Assembly: GCA_030324005.1 (NCBI GenBank)
Contig: JARDVH010000121.1
Span: 10,131,673 to 10,195,317 of the forward strand
Length of the DNA stretch: 63,645 nucleotides
Reading direction: 5' to 3'
From: Negaprion brevirostris
Taxonomy: Eukaryota
Below are positions 62,643 to 63,645 of the stretch, piece by piece. Made by a program: the position numbers and the translations under genes. The notes under the pieces are model-generated. The model saw only the letters and a program-made list of their open reading frames with translations. It made no database searches and was not told where the DNA came from. How positions within the stretch are numbered: position 1 is the stretch's first letter; each line of letters starts with the position of its first letter.

Positions 62643-63645
62643 ATCTGGACGGGTGATCCTAAAGTTTAAGAAAAAATTGCAAGAAAACGAATTCAGCTCA
62701 AATAATGGTAATTTCTGAGATTAAATCGAAATAAAATTAAACGATTAAACAAAAACAAACTAAGATAATCCATGGATACATTATAGAAAAATACTGTTTG
62801 CATCATTCACTTGCTTGGATGTAGGAGTCCAGACCAGCCGAAATGACATGGACAACCCATATTTCTACATAGTTACTTGTGTCACCTGGGATACCGATAC
62901 CCGATCAGTTAAAATTACTGTTGAACTCCTGAAAATTATTAAAATGGATTATTCAAGCCTAATTGAGATGTTTTTACACTGAGATTAATATACATGAAGA
63001 CAAGCATGTTATGCTGACAACATGAGCTTAATTGGAGAAAGTAAAAAATAATTTTGGGCAATTAGCGTTTTTTTTTCGAAAACAAAAATACATTTTGTCA
63101 CGGCATGCACCCTCAGCCAATTTTGCATAAAAGTGACTGACCTAAACACCACTCTAATTCTTGAAATGATATGCCCCATGGTCATAAACCATAGCTGCCA
63201 CAATTTAAAACAGAACTCAATAACATGTGGACAAAAAAAAAGACTCCAACATCAGGCGATGGATAAATATCTGATTTTGTTTTCATCCCCTATTTCTTAC
63301 TGGCTTCACCCAATGTGATGTTGGCCAAGATAAGTACATCAACAAACAACAATGCTGGACTATTCCGAAAAGGAAAAGTCAGTAAAGTGACTCACAACAT
63401 TCCATCTTCAATGTCTCACAGTGTTCAAAAACATGCTGACGGTCAGGACAACGATATTCGATTCGCAAAAAGAAAACACATCCCGTCGTATTATTCCTTC
63501 ATATGGTTCTGTACAGCACGATGCATACTGTACTGAAGGTCCACCCAAAAGCTCGGGATGTTTCATTTGACACCAGATTTTAAGTTTACGAATTTAATAT
63601 TCTTTAAGATAAAGTGCGGCTGGCTTTAGTTAACGCCAATGATTT

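Larger units (their letters stand above)
61788..63645 (+). pseudogene. Decayed NACHT gene, type B copy 2 (runs off the window)
   Basis: Collinear with 50103-51000: same acceptor context, identical TTAAAATGGATTATTCAAG (62939-62957 vs 50674-50692), MSLIGE, FCIKVTDLN, QAMDKYLILF. Confidence 0.55.

Noticed and set aside
1-63645. CRISPR array, rRNA, prokaryotic operon or intact viral genome
   Set aside because: No regular repeat-spacer array, no rRNA-like sequence and no long intact ORFs; the repeat content is clearly vertebrate.

Overview
AT-rich draft-assembly eukaryotic DNA with many N gaps. The repeat complement (HE1/V-type SINEs, CR1 LINEs with an SGNH-esterase ORF1, Penelope-derived palindromic elements, epsilon/gamma-like ERV remnants) points to a cartilaginous fish, probably a shark. 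I see no intact protein-coding gene. Translating by eye through stops and frameshifts, most DNA between the repeats reads as a tightly packed, intron-poor cluster of heavily decayed innate-immunity genes: a SAMD9-like C-terminal half, two cGAS/Mab-21-like (cGLR) remnants, a trypsin-like protease probably fused to a STAND NTPase, a TTC22-like TPR gene ending in two TIR-like domains, and several NLR remnants. Two NLR remnants appear to have an all-in-one CARD-caspase-NACHT-LRR architecture; each is followed by a second NLR type, within an old tandem duplication with a roughly 12 kb offset. A minimal hammerhead ribozyme with an intact-looking core sits in a Penelope-type terminal repeat at 1216-1253. 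All pseudogene calls rest on manual matching of degenerate motifs from memory and need profile-HMM confirmation; most boundaries are approximate.
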